Positions 26,783 through 36,059 of a stretch of 64,000 nt of DNA are shown one piece after another. Each line of letters opens with the position of its first letter. Position 1 is the stretch's first letter. The position numbers and the translations under genes are program-made. The notes beneath the pieces are model-generated. The model made no database searches. It saw only the letters and a list, made by a program, of their open reading frames with translations, and was not told where the DNA came from. The DNA is from Bacteroidota bacterium (GTDB lineage Bacteria; Bacteroidota; Bacteroidia; Bacteroidales; CAIWKO01): positions 12,742 through 76,741 of the forward strand of contig JBAXWF010000010.1 in the NCBI GenBank assembly GCA_037128515.1, in the 5' to 3' direction.

Positions 26783-28924
26783 GTGAAGTTTTTCGAAATA
26801 TTTCAACTTCCGATAACCGATCCGGTTCTGGTATTTCTGTTGATTTTTTTAGTAATATTTTTAGCACCACGCATTCTAAAGCGAATTAGAATTCCGGGTA
26901 TTGTTGGTTTTATTCTTGCAGGGGTTTTATTGGGTCCTCATGGTTTTCGAATTATTTCGCCTGTCAACGGCATCAACATGTTTTCTTCGTTTGGCTTGTT
27001 GTACATCATGTTTTTGGTGGGTTTGGAATTGGATTTGGTTGATTTCAGGAAAAACCAATCGCGAAGTACTGTTTTTGGAGCACTCACCTTTTTCATCCCG
27101 CTCATTTTGGGTTTTCTTGTAACCTATTATGTTCTTAAACTAAGCCTATTGGCCTCCTTGTTATTGTCGAGTATGTTTTCAACCCACACCTTAGTATCCT
27201 ACCCAATTGCATCAAAACTAGGTATTACAAAAAACCGAGTTATAAGCACGGTCATAGGCGGTACGATTATTACCGACACGGCAGTGTTGTTGTTGTTGGC
27301 TATCATTGTTAGTGTTTTCAAAGGCAACATGGATTTGATGTTTTGGGTTAGTTTAATTTCGATGCTTATTGCCTTCGTTGCTATAATGTTATGGGTGGTT
27401 CCGCTGGTTAGTCGTTGGTTTTTTAAAAATTTGGAAGGTGACGGGAGTGCACAATACCTTTATGTAATAACAGTTGTTTTTGGGGCAGCATTTCTGTCCG
27501 AAATAGCTGGCATTGAACCCATGATAGGTGCTTTTTTTGCAGGATTGGCTTTAAATAAATTGATTCCACCTTCTTCCGTATTAATGAATAGAACCGTTTT
27601 TATTGGCAACACCTTATTTATTCCATTTTTCCTAATTGGTGTGGGCATGATTTTGGATTTGAGCGTATTACTAAATGGTTACAATGCATTAATTATTGCA
27701 GGCATTTTGGTGGTTACAGCCGAAATAACAAAGTATATAGCTGCATTTATCACCCAAAAGATATATGGTTTTACGGTGGTTGAGCGGCATGTTTTATTTG
27801 GATTAAGCAGTTCGCACGCTGCTGCTACCATAGCACTGATTTTGGTTGGTTTTAATTTGGGCATTTTAAATATCGATGTGCTCAATGGTACCATTATAGT
27901 GATTCTGATTAGCTGCTTAATAAGTTCTTTCATTACTGAAAATGCGGGACGAAAACTGGCAGTGGTCGAAAGCAAAAAACTTACCGAAGAAGATACATCA
28001 ATTCAACGAATTATGGTTCCGGTAGCCAATCCATCCACCATGGAAAAATTAATTAGCTTTGCAATGCTCATTAAAGATAAAGCCTCGGATGAACCAATTT
28101 TTCCATTGAATGTTGTGTTAGGCAGCGTTGAGACAGAAGAAGCACGACAGGAAATACTTCAAAAGAAGCAATTAATTGAACAAATTGCAAACCAAACAAT
28201 CACGGCAGATCAATCTATCCGGCTTGTAACACGTATTGATTTGAATGTGGCAAACGGTATTAACCGTGCAATAAAAGAACTAATGATTACCAACATCGTG
28301 CTGGGCTGGAACGGACAAACAACCACAGCCCAAAGTATTTTTGGTGGCATTTTGGAAAATATTCTGCCAAAAAATAATCAGATGATGTTTGTGGTAAAAA
28401 TTCTACATCAGTTTGGTTATTATAAACGTTTGGTTTTGATAGTACCGCCAAATGCGGAGTTTGAACCTGGATATAAAAAGTGGTTAAAACAGGTATTGCG
28501 AATTTCGAAGGAATTAAGTGCTAAATTTTTATTATTTGCCAACTCAAAAACTTTAACTCAGCTTAAATTGGATATGGATGTATCTAAGGCTGTTTCCTTG
28601 AATTTTGTTGAGTTTAATGATTATGAAAATCTTTCAACGCTGAAAGACCATTTGTCGCATACCGATTTAATGATATGGATAAGTGCTAGAGAAAGCACCA
28701 TTTCGTATCATAATTATTTGGCAAACTTGCCCAAGTTTTTATCAAAAAATTTTGAGAAAAGTAGTTTTATAATCATTTATCCTGAGCAACATTTTGTGCT
28801 TCATCAAAAAATGACTTTACGAATTGACGGATTAACAAAATCGCCAATTAAAGAAAATATTGATCGTATAACAAAGATTAGTAAAAATGTGAAAAATGCT
28901 ATAAAAAGAAAACCTAAAAAATAA
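26783..28924 (+). CDS. Cation:proton antiporter (CPA-type Na+/H+ or K+/H+ exchanger) with a large cytoplasmic C-terminal domain
   Basis: 713 aa. The N-terminal ~400 aa have about 11-13 TM helices with exchanger-like motifs (GFILAGVLLGP). The C-terminal ~300 aa are soluble. Confidence 0.85.
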   Translation: MKFFEIFQLPITDPVLVFLLIFLVIFLAPRILKRIRIPGIVGFILAGVLLGPHGFRIISPVNGINMFSSFGLLYIMFLVGLELDLVDFRKNQSRSTVFGALTFFIPLILGFLVTYYVLKLSLLASLLLSSMFSTHTLVSYPIASKLGITKNRVISTVIGGTIITDTAVLLLLAIIVSVFKGNMDLMFWVSLISMLIAFVAIMLWVVPLVSRWFFKNLEGDGSAQYLYVITVVFGAAFLSEIAGIEPMIGAFFAGLALNKLIPPSSVLMNRTVFIGNTLFIPFFLIGVGMILDLSVLLNGYNALIIAGILVVTAEITKYIAAFITQKIYGFTVVERHVLFGLSSSHAAATIALILVGFNLGILNIDVLNGTIIVILISCLISSFITENAGRKLAVVESKKLTEEDTSIQRIMVPVANPSTMEKLISFAMLIKDKASDEPIFPLNVVLGSVETEEARQEILQKKQLIEQIANQTITADQSIRLVTRIDLNVANGINRAIKELMITNIVLGWNGQTTTAQSIFGGILENILPKNNQMMFVVKILHQFGYYKRLVLIVPPNAEFEPGYKKWLKQVLRISKELSAKFLLFANSKTLTQLKLDMDVSKAVSLNFVEFNDYENLSTLKDHLSHTDLMIWISARESTISYHNYLANLPKFLSKNFEKSSFIIIYPEQHFVLHQKMTLRIDGLTKSPIKENIDRITKISKNVKNAIKRKPKK

Positions 28925-29730
28925 TGGCACTCTTTCCAAATTTCAAAGTTGGGTTTAAAACATACTCCGATGCGCACCGCATGATTGTTAAGCACCGGCT
29001 ATGGGTTTATGTGTTTTTTCCGGCAATCATTAACCTGGTGATGATATTGCTGCTCATATTTGTCGGTTGGCATTTTATCGGTTTATTTTCCGATTGGCTA
29101 TTTAATATAACCGGGTTGAATGCGCAACCTACCGGTTTTTTTAAGTACCTAGCAATTATCTTTAAAATAATAGTTAAAGTTGCTGCTTATATTTTATTGT
29201 TTTTGTTCTATTCTTCCATCTACCGTTATATTGTTTTGGCAATTATATCGCCAGCATTAGCAGTATTATCAGAGAAAACCGACAAAATTCTGACCGGAAT
29301 TAACTATCAATTTCGTTTCTCTCAGTTTCTAAAAGATGTTATTAGAGGAATTGCAATTGTGTTACGAAACTTTTTTATTGAAATGGGTTTTTTAATCTTG
29401 TGTTTCTTTATTGGGTTTATTCCCGTTATTGGCTATATTAGTCCGGTGGTCATGTTCTTTATAACATGTTACTTTTACGGATTTTCAATGATTGATTATT
29501 CGAATGAACGTGCAAGACTCAGCCTTAGCGAAAGTGTAAAGTTTGTCAGAAAAAATCGTGGCATGGCCGTAGCAAATGGCATGGTTTTTTATTTTATTTT
29601 TTTCTTTATTCCTGTCATTGGCTTTATGGTTGCTCCGGCCTATTCGGTTATTGCTGCCACAATTGCGGTGTCGAAACAACAAAATAGTATTCCGGTTATT
29701 GTGTCTGTTAACGAAAATCTCAACACATAA
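28924..29730 (+). CDS. EI24/CysZ-like integral membrane protein
   Basis: 268 aa with several TM helices. The overall pattern resembles EI24-domain proteins of Bacteroidota. The start overlaps the preceding stop (TAATG). Confidence 0.6.
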   Translation: MALFPNFKVGFKTYSDAHRMIVKHRLWVYVFFPAIINLVMILLLIFVGWHFIGLFSDWLFNITGLNAQPTGFFKYLAIIFKIIVKVAAYILLFLFYSSIYRYIVLAIISPALAVLSEKTDKILTGINYQFRFSQFLKDVIRGIAIVLRNFFIEMGFLILCFFIGFIPVIGYISPVVMFFITCYFYGFSMIDYSNERARLSLSESVKFVRKNRGMAVANGMVFYFIFFFIPVIGFMVAPAYSVIAATIAVSKQQNSIPVIVSVNENLNT

Positions 29731-29755
29731 GATTTCTAGTTTCAAAAAAATCAGT

Positions 29756-29763
29756 TAATTTTG
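29756..29763 (+). promoter_or_regulatory. Bacteroidota -7 promoter box (TAATTTTG)
   Basis: TAnnTTTG match 17 nt upstream of the ATG at 29780. Confidence 0.45.
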
Positions 29764-29779
29764 TCTAAACTACATTTCT

Positions 29780-30532
29780 ATGACTCCTAAGCTCCGTATT
29801 ACTGCGGTATCCTATGCAAATACTTATCCTTTTGTTTATGGAATTGAGCAATCGGGGATTTTAAAGAACTACGAACTCTGTTTGAGACCGCCGGCTGCAT
29901 GTGCATTAAGTTTTGTGCGCGGCGAATGCGATGTTGCACTTGTACCAGTTGGGGCCCTTTCGCAATTATCGGACTATACTATCGTCACCGACTTGTGTAT
30001 TGGTGCTGTAAATGATGTAAAATCGGTGTTACTTGTCAGTAACAAATCAATATCGGAGATAAAATCAATTGGTTTGGACGATGAATCAGAAACGTCGGTG
30101 CGGCTTGCAAAAGTTCTCGCAAAGCATTTTTGGCATATTAGCCCGATTTGGCAAAAGATACAAGTTAAAGATTTCGCTCGTCATAATGATTTGGATGCTT
30201 TTGTTGTTATTGGTGATAAAGCTTTTGAAATTTCCAATCGTTTTGCTTATAAGATTGATTTAGCGTCGGAGTGGAAACAACATACAAAACTGCCATTTGT
30301 ATTTGCTGTGTGGGTTTGCCGCAATCATGTTTCAAATGATTTGATACTAGATTTTTCGCAAGCCTTGCATTTTGGAACAAATAATTTGAATGCTGTTTCA
30401 GATTTTTATGCTCAAAATTCAGCCAATATTCTTGATTTAAAAGCGTATCTAACCAACAATATTGACTACAATTTGGATGACACCAAACATATTTCGTTGA
30501 AAAAATTTCTAAATTATATAAAGGAAGATTAA
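29780..30532 (+). CDS. mqnA: Chorismate dehydratase (futalosine-pathway menaquinone biosynthesis, MqnA family)
   Basis: 250 aa. The N-terminus LRITAVSYANTYPFVYG and the periplasmic-binding-protein-like fold pattern are typical of MqnA/MqnD. Confidence 0.8.
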   Translation: MTPKLRITAVSYANTYPFVYGIEQSGILKNYELCLRPPAACALSFVRGECDVALVPVGALSQLSDYTIVTDLCIGAVNDVKSVLLVSNKSISEIKSIGLDDESETSVRLAKVLAKHFWHISPIWQKIQVKDFARHNDLDAFVVIGDKAFEISNRFAYKIDLASEWKQHTKLPFVFAVWVCRNHVSNDLILDFSQALHFGTNNLNAVSDFYAQNSANILDLKAYLTNNIDYNLDDTKHISLKKFLNYIKED

Positions 30533-30543
30533 AAGGAGCACTT

Positions 30544-31452
30544 TTGAAAACAGCGCATATATTTCCGGCATTTGTTCCAGAATACCTTGGTATTGAACAA
30601 GAAGTTTTACAATATTATGATATTAATTTGCAAAAATATCTTGAAAAAGCTACTATTATTACCCAATTTGATTTAACTAAATTTGATATTATTAAAAATA
30701 ATTTTCATGACAAGCCACTAGAATCGCAGTTTATTGCCTATGTTTTTAGTTGCTGCATTTCCGACCTTTTGCATCGCCTGCATAAAAAGCCCGATTTTGT
30801 ATTGTCATATAGTATGGGCATTTATGCGGCCATGTATCATTGTGGGTCAATCAATTTTTCCACAGGTTTGCAATTGATTACTGAAGCATATAATAGTATT
30901 GAGCGGAATTTGCCAAGCAAAAAATCGGGTATGGCTGCCATAGGCGGTTTGAGTTATGATGATGTGCTGCATTTAATCAAAGTTTCAGAAAATGAAGCAA
31001 CGATTATAAATCAAAATAGCGAATTTTCGTTTCTATTATCGGGAAATTATTCAAAATTGGAACAATTGATTGAACAAGCTAAAGCTGAAGGAGCCATGCA
31101 AGCCCGATTGCTTCCTGTTTTTCATCCCTACCATACCGCATCATTGAAAAATGCTGCAGTTGAATTTGCCGATATTCTACAAAAAATGGCAATCACCAAT
31201 TCGCAATATCCCTATGTTTCATCTTTGGACCAAAGAATACTCCTTGATAAAAATCAAATAATAAATGAACTGAAATGCAATCTTTATTTGAGTTTTGATT
31301 GGTGGAAAACAATAAAATTGGTAGTTCAGCATAATTGCGATACCCTAATTGAATGCGGGGCAGGCGAAAGCTTATATAAAATTGGAAAGTTTATTGAGGG
31401 CGATTTTCGGATTTTTAATTTAAAAAAGATTAAACAGTATTTGAATAGCTAA
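30544..31452 (+). CDS. FabD-like acyltransferase-domain protein (divergent malonyl-CoA:ACP transacylase fold)
   Basis: 302 aa with a TTG start. It has an acyltransferase-fold layout with nucleophile elbow SYSMGIYAA instead of the canonical GHSLGE, and lacks the usual FPGQGAQ N-terminus. Confidence 0.7.
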   Translation: MKTAHIFPAFVPEYLGIEQEVLQYYDINLQKYLEKATIITQFDLTKFDIIKNNFHDKPLESQFIAYVFSCCISDLLHRLHKKPDFVLSYSMGIYAAMYHCGSINFSTGLQLITEAYNSIERNLPSKKSGMAAIGGLSYDDVLHLIKVSENEATIINQNSEFSFLLSGNYSKLEQLIEQAKAEGAMQARLLPVFHPYHTASLKNAAVEFADILQKMAITNSQYPYVSSLDQRILLDKNQIINELKCNLYLSFDWWKTIKLVVQHNCDTLIECGAGESLYKIGKFIEGDFRIFNLKKIKQYLNS

Positions 31453-31620
31453 AATCCTATAGGAAAAGTAACAAATCCTATAGGAAAAGTAACAAATCCT
31501 ATAGGAAAAGTAACAAATCCTATAGGAAATGTAACAAATCCTCTAGGAAATGTGACAAACCCTTTAGGAAATGTAACAAATCCTATAGGAAACGTAACAA
31601 AACCTATCGAAAATGTAAAT
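31453..31620 (+). repeat. Tandem array of eight 21-bp units (AATCCTATAGGAAAAGTAACA), each containing the palindrome TCCTATAGGA
   Basis: Units lie at 31453, 31474, 31495, 31516, 31537, 31558, 31579 and 31600. The first three are identical and the last is degenerate. There are no spacers, so this is not a CRISPR array. Confidence 0.9.
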
Positions 31621-31707
31621 CCATTTGGTTTTAGTTTAAATTACGAATGGTTTTTTGTTCAATTTCGATAGTTTTATGCTGAAAATTGATAAAAAACATG
31701 TAATTTT

Positions 31708-31741
31708 TACCGTTAACTGAAAAAAGGCTACCGTTAACTGA
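31708..31741 (+). repeat. Two copies of TACCGTTAACTGA spaced exactly 21 bp apart
   Basis: 13-nt exact direct repeat at 31708-31720 and 31729-31741, between the 21-bp array and the exbB promoter boxes. Confidence 0.5.
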
Positions 31742-31828
31742 TTTGCTCTTGCATTGAAACAATATTTTAGTAATTTTGTAGTTTCATAAATAAAAAAACT
31801 TGTTTACATCGATTTGAAAAAAAGTTTT

Positions 31829-31836
31829 TATATTTG
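31829..31836 (+). promoter_or_regulatory. Bacteroidota -7 promoter box (TATATTTG) for the exbB-exbD-exbD-tonB operon; a second match TAATTTTG lies at 31771-31778
   Basis: TAnnTTTG matches 61 nt and 119 nt upstream of the ATG at 31897. Confidence 0.45.
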
Positions 31837-31896
31837 TCGCTTGAAAAAAATTAAGAAAAAAATAAAATAATTACTAATTAAAAAAAACTAACAACA

Positions 31897-32718
31897 ATGA
31901 GCAAAAAAAACGGACAAGGCCAATCATTTAAAGATGCCTTACAATCAGCATTTGCAACAGGTGCAATTTTGATCGCTTTCATCGTATCTATTATTGTATA
32001 CAAATACATAATGGGTAATGGTGCAAACTTTGAAGGCGGAAATCCTGATGGTCATCCCATCCCGGGAAATTATTTGGCCATGATTTATAAAGGAGGTTTT
32101 ATTGTTCCTTTATTAATGACCTGCGTATTAACAGTTTTAATTTTCACAATCGAAAGATTTGTAATGATTAGAAAAGCCCGAGGCAAAGGACGTATTAATG
32201 TATTTGTGAAAACAATTCAAACATCCTTATCTTCAAATAAAATTGACGATGCTATTACTGCTTGCGACAAACAAAAAGGTTCAATAGCAAATGTTATGAA
32301 AGCCGGATTAACTAAGTACAAAGAATTAAAAGAAGATACCGTTTTAGAAAAAGAACAAAAGGTATTAGCTTTACAAAAAGATATGGAAGAATCAACAGCA
32401 TTAGAATTACCAATGTTATCAAAAAATCTGGTAATTTTATCAACGCTTGCTTCCATCTCCGTACTTATTGGTCTTATTGGTACTGTACTGGGTATGATTA
32501 AAGCTTTTGCTGCTTTGGCCACTGCCGGATCGCCCGATGCTTTAGCTTTAGCAACCGGTATTTCCGAAGCTCTTATCAATACAGCTTTTGGTATCGCTGG
32601 TTCAACTCTTGCAATTATTTTCTATAACTATTTCTCCAGCAAAATTGATGCTTTAACATTTAAAATTGACGAAGCCGGTTTCAGCTTAGTTCAAACATTT
32701 GCAGCTACCACAAAATAA
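31897..32718 (+). CDS. exbB: MotA/TolQ/ExbB proton channel family protein
   Basis: 273 aa with three TM helices and the conserved C-terminal block (GTVLGMIKAF...TGISEALINTAFG). Confidence 0.9.
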   Translation: MSKKNGQGQSFKDALQSAFATGAILIAFIVSIIVYKYIMGNGANFEGGNPDGHPIPGNYLAMIYKGGFIVPLLMTCVLTVLIFTIERFVMIRKARGKGRINVFVKTIQTSLSSNKIDDAITACDKQKGSIANVMKAGLTKYKELKEDTVLEKEQKVLALQKDMEESTALELPMLSKNLVILSTLASISVLIGLIGTVLGMIKAFAALATAGSPDALALATGISEALINTAFGIAGSTLAIIFYNYFSSKIDALTFKIDEAGFSLVQTFAATTK

Positions 32719-32752
32719 ATAGTAAGCAACCTAAGCATAAATTTTTTGTATT

Positions 32753-33403
32753 ATGGCAAAAATAAAACTAAAAAGGAGTTCGCCCCATGTGGATATGACG
32801 CCCATGGTGGATTTGTTCTCGTTACTTTTGACGTTCTTCATGCTTACAACATCTTTCAGACCTCAAGAAGCTAAGATTATTGATTCTCCAATGTCGGTTT
32901 CTGAAAAACAAGCACCTGATAAAAATGTAATCACGGTGCTAATTTCAAAAGACGACAAAGTGTTTTTCAATATGGATAATGGAAAAGATACTTCAAACCA
33001 TTTCAGAAATAAACTAATTACTGAAATTACCAAAAGGTATAATATTCCGATGAATCCTAAAGAAATCAAAGCTTTTGAACAAGCCTCCTCATTCGGTATG
33101 CCTATTAACAAGGTAAAAACCTGGCTTAATGAAAAAGATGCAAAGAAAAAAGAAGAATTGCAAACGGGAATCCCGATTGATACAGTTGGAACACAATTGC
33201 CCGAATTGGGCGAATGGGTTCGTTATGCTCGTATCATAAACCAAACTGCCGAAGTAGCCATTAAAGGCGATGCAGATGCAAACTACAAAACCGTTAAAAA
33301 GGTTATGGATGTTATGCAAGAAAACAATGTGAACAAATTCAACCTTGTTACCAGCCTGCAAAAGCAAGAAGCTACATTGGATGATGTTAAGAATATTAAA
33401 TAA
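32753..33403 (+). CDS. exbD: ExbD/TolR family biopolymer transport protein
   Basis: 216 aa. The N-terminus DMTPMVDLFSLLLTFFMLT is the canonical ExbD anchor. Confidence 0.88.
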   Translation: MAKIKLKRSSPHVDMTPMVDLFSLLLTFFMLTTSFRPQEAKIIDSPMSVSEKQAPDKNVITVLISKDDKVFFNMDNGKDTSNHFRNKLITEITKRYNIPMNPKEIKAFEQASSFGMPINKVKTWLNEKDAKKKEELQTGIPIDTVGTQLPELGEWVRYARIINQTAEVAIKGDADANYKTVKKVMDVMQENNVNKFNLVTSLQKQEATLDDVKNIK

Positions 33404-33436
33404 TTGAGATTTTAGTTTCACTAAAAATAAAAATAT

Positions 33437-34099
33437 ATGGCTGAAATTATTGAAAACGATTCCGGTTCTGGAAAAGAAGGCGGTAGGCGGAAACCCAAAA
33501 AAATGGGCGCCAACATTGATATGACACCCATGGTGGATTTAATGTGTTTGCTTATCACTTTCTTTATGCTAACAACCGCATTCAGCAAACCCAAAGTAAT
33601 GGATATTACCATGCCCGAAAAAACTGAAAAACCAGATGATGGTCAAAAGGTGGATGCAAGAAGAACCTATTCAATTTTACTTACCCAAGATCGAGTTTAT
33701 TGGTATTGGCATTTTGATTTTCCGGCAGGATCGCCTGAAGGAACACTTCCAACTGTTGATAAATGGCATAAAACCGATTTTAGTAAAGATGGTTTACGAA
33801 AAGTTTTACTTAAAATCAATAAATCAACAATTGAAGAGATTCTTACTTTGAAAGAAAAAGTAAAAAAAGGAGAACTTGTAATGCCAGATGATTCATTAAA
33901 TAGCAAGATAAAGGCTATAAAAAAGAAATATTCTGTTGCAAAAAAATCCCCTACTATACTTATCAAAGCTGCCGATGATGCTAAATATAAAAGTATTGTT
34001 GCTGTGATTGATGAAATGGCAATTACCAATATCTCCGGTTATGCAATCGTTGATATGACTAAAGAAGAAAAAGAGATGTTAAAAAATGCACCTAAATAA
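33437..34099 (+). CDS. exbD: ExbD/TolR family biopolymer transport protein (second copy)
   Basis: 220 aa with the DMTPMVDLMCLLITFFMLT anchor and a C-terminal IKAADDAKYKSIVAVIDE block. Confidence 0.85.
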   Translation: MAEIIENDSGSGKEGGRRKPKKMGANIDMTPMVDLMCLLITFFMLTTAFSKPKVMDITMPEKTEKPDDGQKVDARRTYSILLTQDRVYWYWHFDFPAGSPEGTLPTVDKWHKTDFSKDGLRKVLLKINKSTIEEILTLKEKVKKGELVMPDDSLNSKIKAIKKKYSVAKKSPTILIKAADDAKYKSIVAVIDEMAITNISGYAIVDMTKEEKEMLKNAPK

Positions 34100-34118
34100 T
34101 TAATTAAAAACAAATTCT

Positions 34119-34901
34119 ATGGCAGAAAATTTTGATATTACGACTGCTGAAAACCTTGATGAAATAGTTTTTCGCAATAGGAACAAAGAATATGGTGCCT
34201 ACGAACTTCGTAAGAACTATAAAAAATTTGTTACCCGTTCTGTTATTATTTCAGCAATCTTTTTAGTGTTAGCAGTCCTGATTCCATTCATTATATTTAA
34301 ACAGAGTTATTCTGCAAATCAGGACCAGGAAGTTTCTGTGAATTTAGAGAATATGAACAAACCTAAAGAAGAAAATGCTCCACCTCCACCTCCACCACCA
34401 CCGGAAGCAACCGTAGAGCAAAAAGCTAAATTCACAGCACCTGTAGTTGTAACAGATACTACAGAAGTTACTGAAATTAATCAAGATGACTTAAATAAAA
34501 CTACCAATACCAATGTTAACACAAATGAAGAAGTAGTGGTTGAGGATGATAATTCCAACAATGTTATTGAAGAAGTAGTTGAAACACCAATTTTTACTGT
34601 GGTTGAAGAAATGCCTTCATTTACAGGTGGTGATGAAGCTCGTGTAAAATTTCTTCAAGATAATATCAAATATCCTCAAATGGCAAAGGAAAGTGGAATT
34701 TCTGGAACCGTATACGTTACATTTGTTGTTGATGAAAAAGGAAAGGTAGCTGACGTGAGAGTATTAAGAGGCATAGGAGGCGGCTGCGATGAAGAAGCCG
34801 TGCGTGTGGTTAAACTTATGCCACCTTGGAACTCCGGGAAACAATCCGGTAAAGCCGTAAGGGTTCAGTTTAACATGCCCATTAAGTTCATACTTAACTA
34901 A
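34119..34901 (+). CDS. tonB: Energy transducer TonB
   Basis: 260 aa with an N-terminal TM anchor, a proline tract (APPPPPPPPEA) and a C-terminal TonB domain (YPQMAKESGISGTVYVTFVVDEKGKV). Confidence 0.85.
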   Translation: MAENFDITTAENLDEIVFRNRNKEYGAYELRKNYKKFVTRSVIISAIFLVLAVLIPFIIFKQSYSANQDQEVSVNLENMNKPKEENAPPPPPPPPEATVEQKAKFTAPVVVTDTTEVTEINQDDLNKTTNTNVNTNEEVVVEDDNSNNVIEEVVETPIFTVVEEMPSFTGGDEARVKFLQDNIKYPQMAKESGISGTVYVTFVVDEKGKVADVRVLRGIGGGCDEEAVRVVKLMPPWNSGKQSGKAVRVQFNMPIKFILN

Positions 34902-34920
34902 TATTTATTTCATATAAATT

Positions 34921-34960
34921 AAAGGGGCTGATATTTATAAATATCAGCCCCTTTAATTTT
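34921..34960. terminator. Bidirectional hairpin terminator between convergent tonB and rpoD
   Basis: AAAGGGGCTGATAT (34921-34934) pairs with ATATCAGCCCCTTT (34941-54). TAATTTT follows on +, and an A/T-rich flank follows on -. Confidence 0.7.
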
Positions 34961-34978
34961 CATCCTTATCAAATAAAA

Positions 34979-35845
34979 TTATTGTCCTAAATAAGCTTTG
35001 AGTAATTTACTACGCGAAGTATGTTTCAATCTTCGTATAGCTTTTTCTTTAATTTGGCGTACTCGTTCACGTGTCAAATCAAATTTTGTGGCAATCTCTT
35101 CAAGTGTAAGTCCATGATTCATGCCTAATCCAAAATAAAGATTAATCACATCCCGTTCTTTATCCGTTAAGGTTGATAACGAACGTTGAATTTCTCTCGA
35201 AAGAGATTCGTACATCAAACCGGTATCTGTGGTTGGGCCATCTTCATTCATATAAACATCAATGAATTTGGTTTCCTCATCCTGTGCCAAAGGTGCATCC
35301 ATTGATACATGACGTGTAGATATCTTCATCACCGCATTAATTTTTTCCTGAGGAATATCAAGCGATTCTGCCAATTCATCAGGCAAAGGAGGTCTCTCTA
35401 ATTTTTGTTCCAATCGAGATAACTCTTTAGAAATACGGTTTAATGATCCAACCTGATTCAAAGGCAAACGAACAATACGCGATTGTTCAGCCAAAGCTTG
35501 CAAGATAGATTGACGTATCCACCAAACAGCATATGAAATAAACTTAAAACCACGGGTTTCATCGAAACGCTTAGCAGCTTTAATGAGTCCTAAATTTCCC
35601 TCGTTAATCAAATCAGGAAGACTTAATCCTTGATTTTGGTATTGTTTGGCAACAGAAACCACAAAACGTAAATTTGCACGTGTCAGTTTTTCAAGTGCTT
35701 CCTGGCTTCCAGCCTTAATTTGTTGTGCAAGTTTAACTTCTTCATCAGCAGTTATAAGTTCTTCGCGGCCTATTTCCTGTAAGTATTTATCTAAAGACGC
35801 TGTTTCTCTGTTGGTTATTGATTTTGTAATTTTTAACTGCCTCAT
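34979..35845 (-). CDS. rpoD: Primary RNA polymerase sigma factor (Bacteroidota sigma-A, short form without region 1.1)
   Basis: 288 aa. Regions 2-4 are recognisable ([42 protein letters not shown]). Confidence 0.93.
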   Translation of the reverse strand: MRQLKITKSITNRETASLDKYLQEIGREELITADEEVKLAQQIKAGSQEALEKLTRANLRFVVSVAKQYQNQGLSLPDLINEGNLGLIKAAKRFDETRGFKFISYAVWWIRQSILQALAEQSRIVRLPLNQVGSLNRISKELSRLEQKLERPPLPDELAESLDIPQEKINAVMKISTRHVSMDAPLAQDEETKFIDVYMNEDGPTTDTGLMYESLSREIQRSLSTLTDKERDVINLYFGLGMNHGLTLEEIATKFDLTRERVRQIKEKAIRRLKHTSRSKLLKAYLGQ

Positions 35846-35910
35846 AAAAACGTTTTAGGTAATAATTAATTGAAATTCAATAAATTAAAGTTTATGATCA
35901 AAAGGGGGTA

Positions 35911-35918
35911 CAAAGATA
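35911..35918 (-). promoter_or_regulatory. Bacteroidota -7 promoter box (TATCTTTG on the minus strand)
   Basis: CAAAGATA on +, 66 nt upstream of the rpoD start at 35845. Confidence 0.4.
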
Positions 35919-36059
35919 CATTTTTTTTTGAAAAAGACCAAATATATTTTGACTCATTACCTTTATTTTAAGAATATTAATTGATTAGTAGTTTTTTTAA
36001 AAAATTATTTGTTGTTTTATTAGTGTAATTGTCATTCTTCAGTTGAATAAAAGTATCCT

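Noticed and set aside
31453-31620. Possible CRISPR array (regular short repeats).
   Set aside because: The 21-bp units abut each other with no spacers, and no cas genes are nearby. It is a simple tandem repeat. The same applies to 52765-52995.
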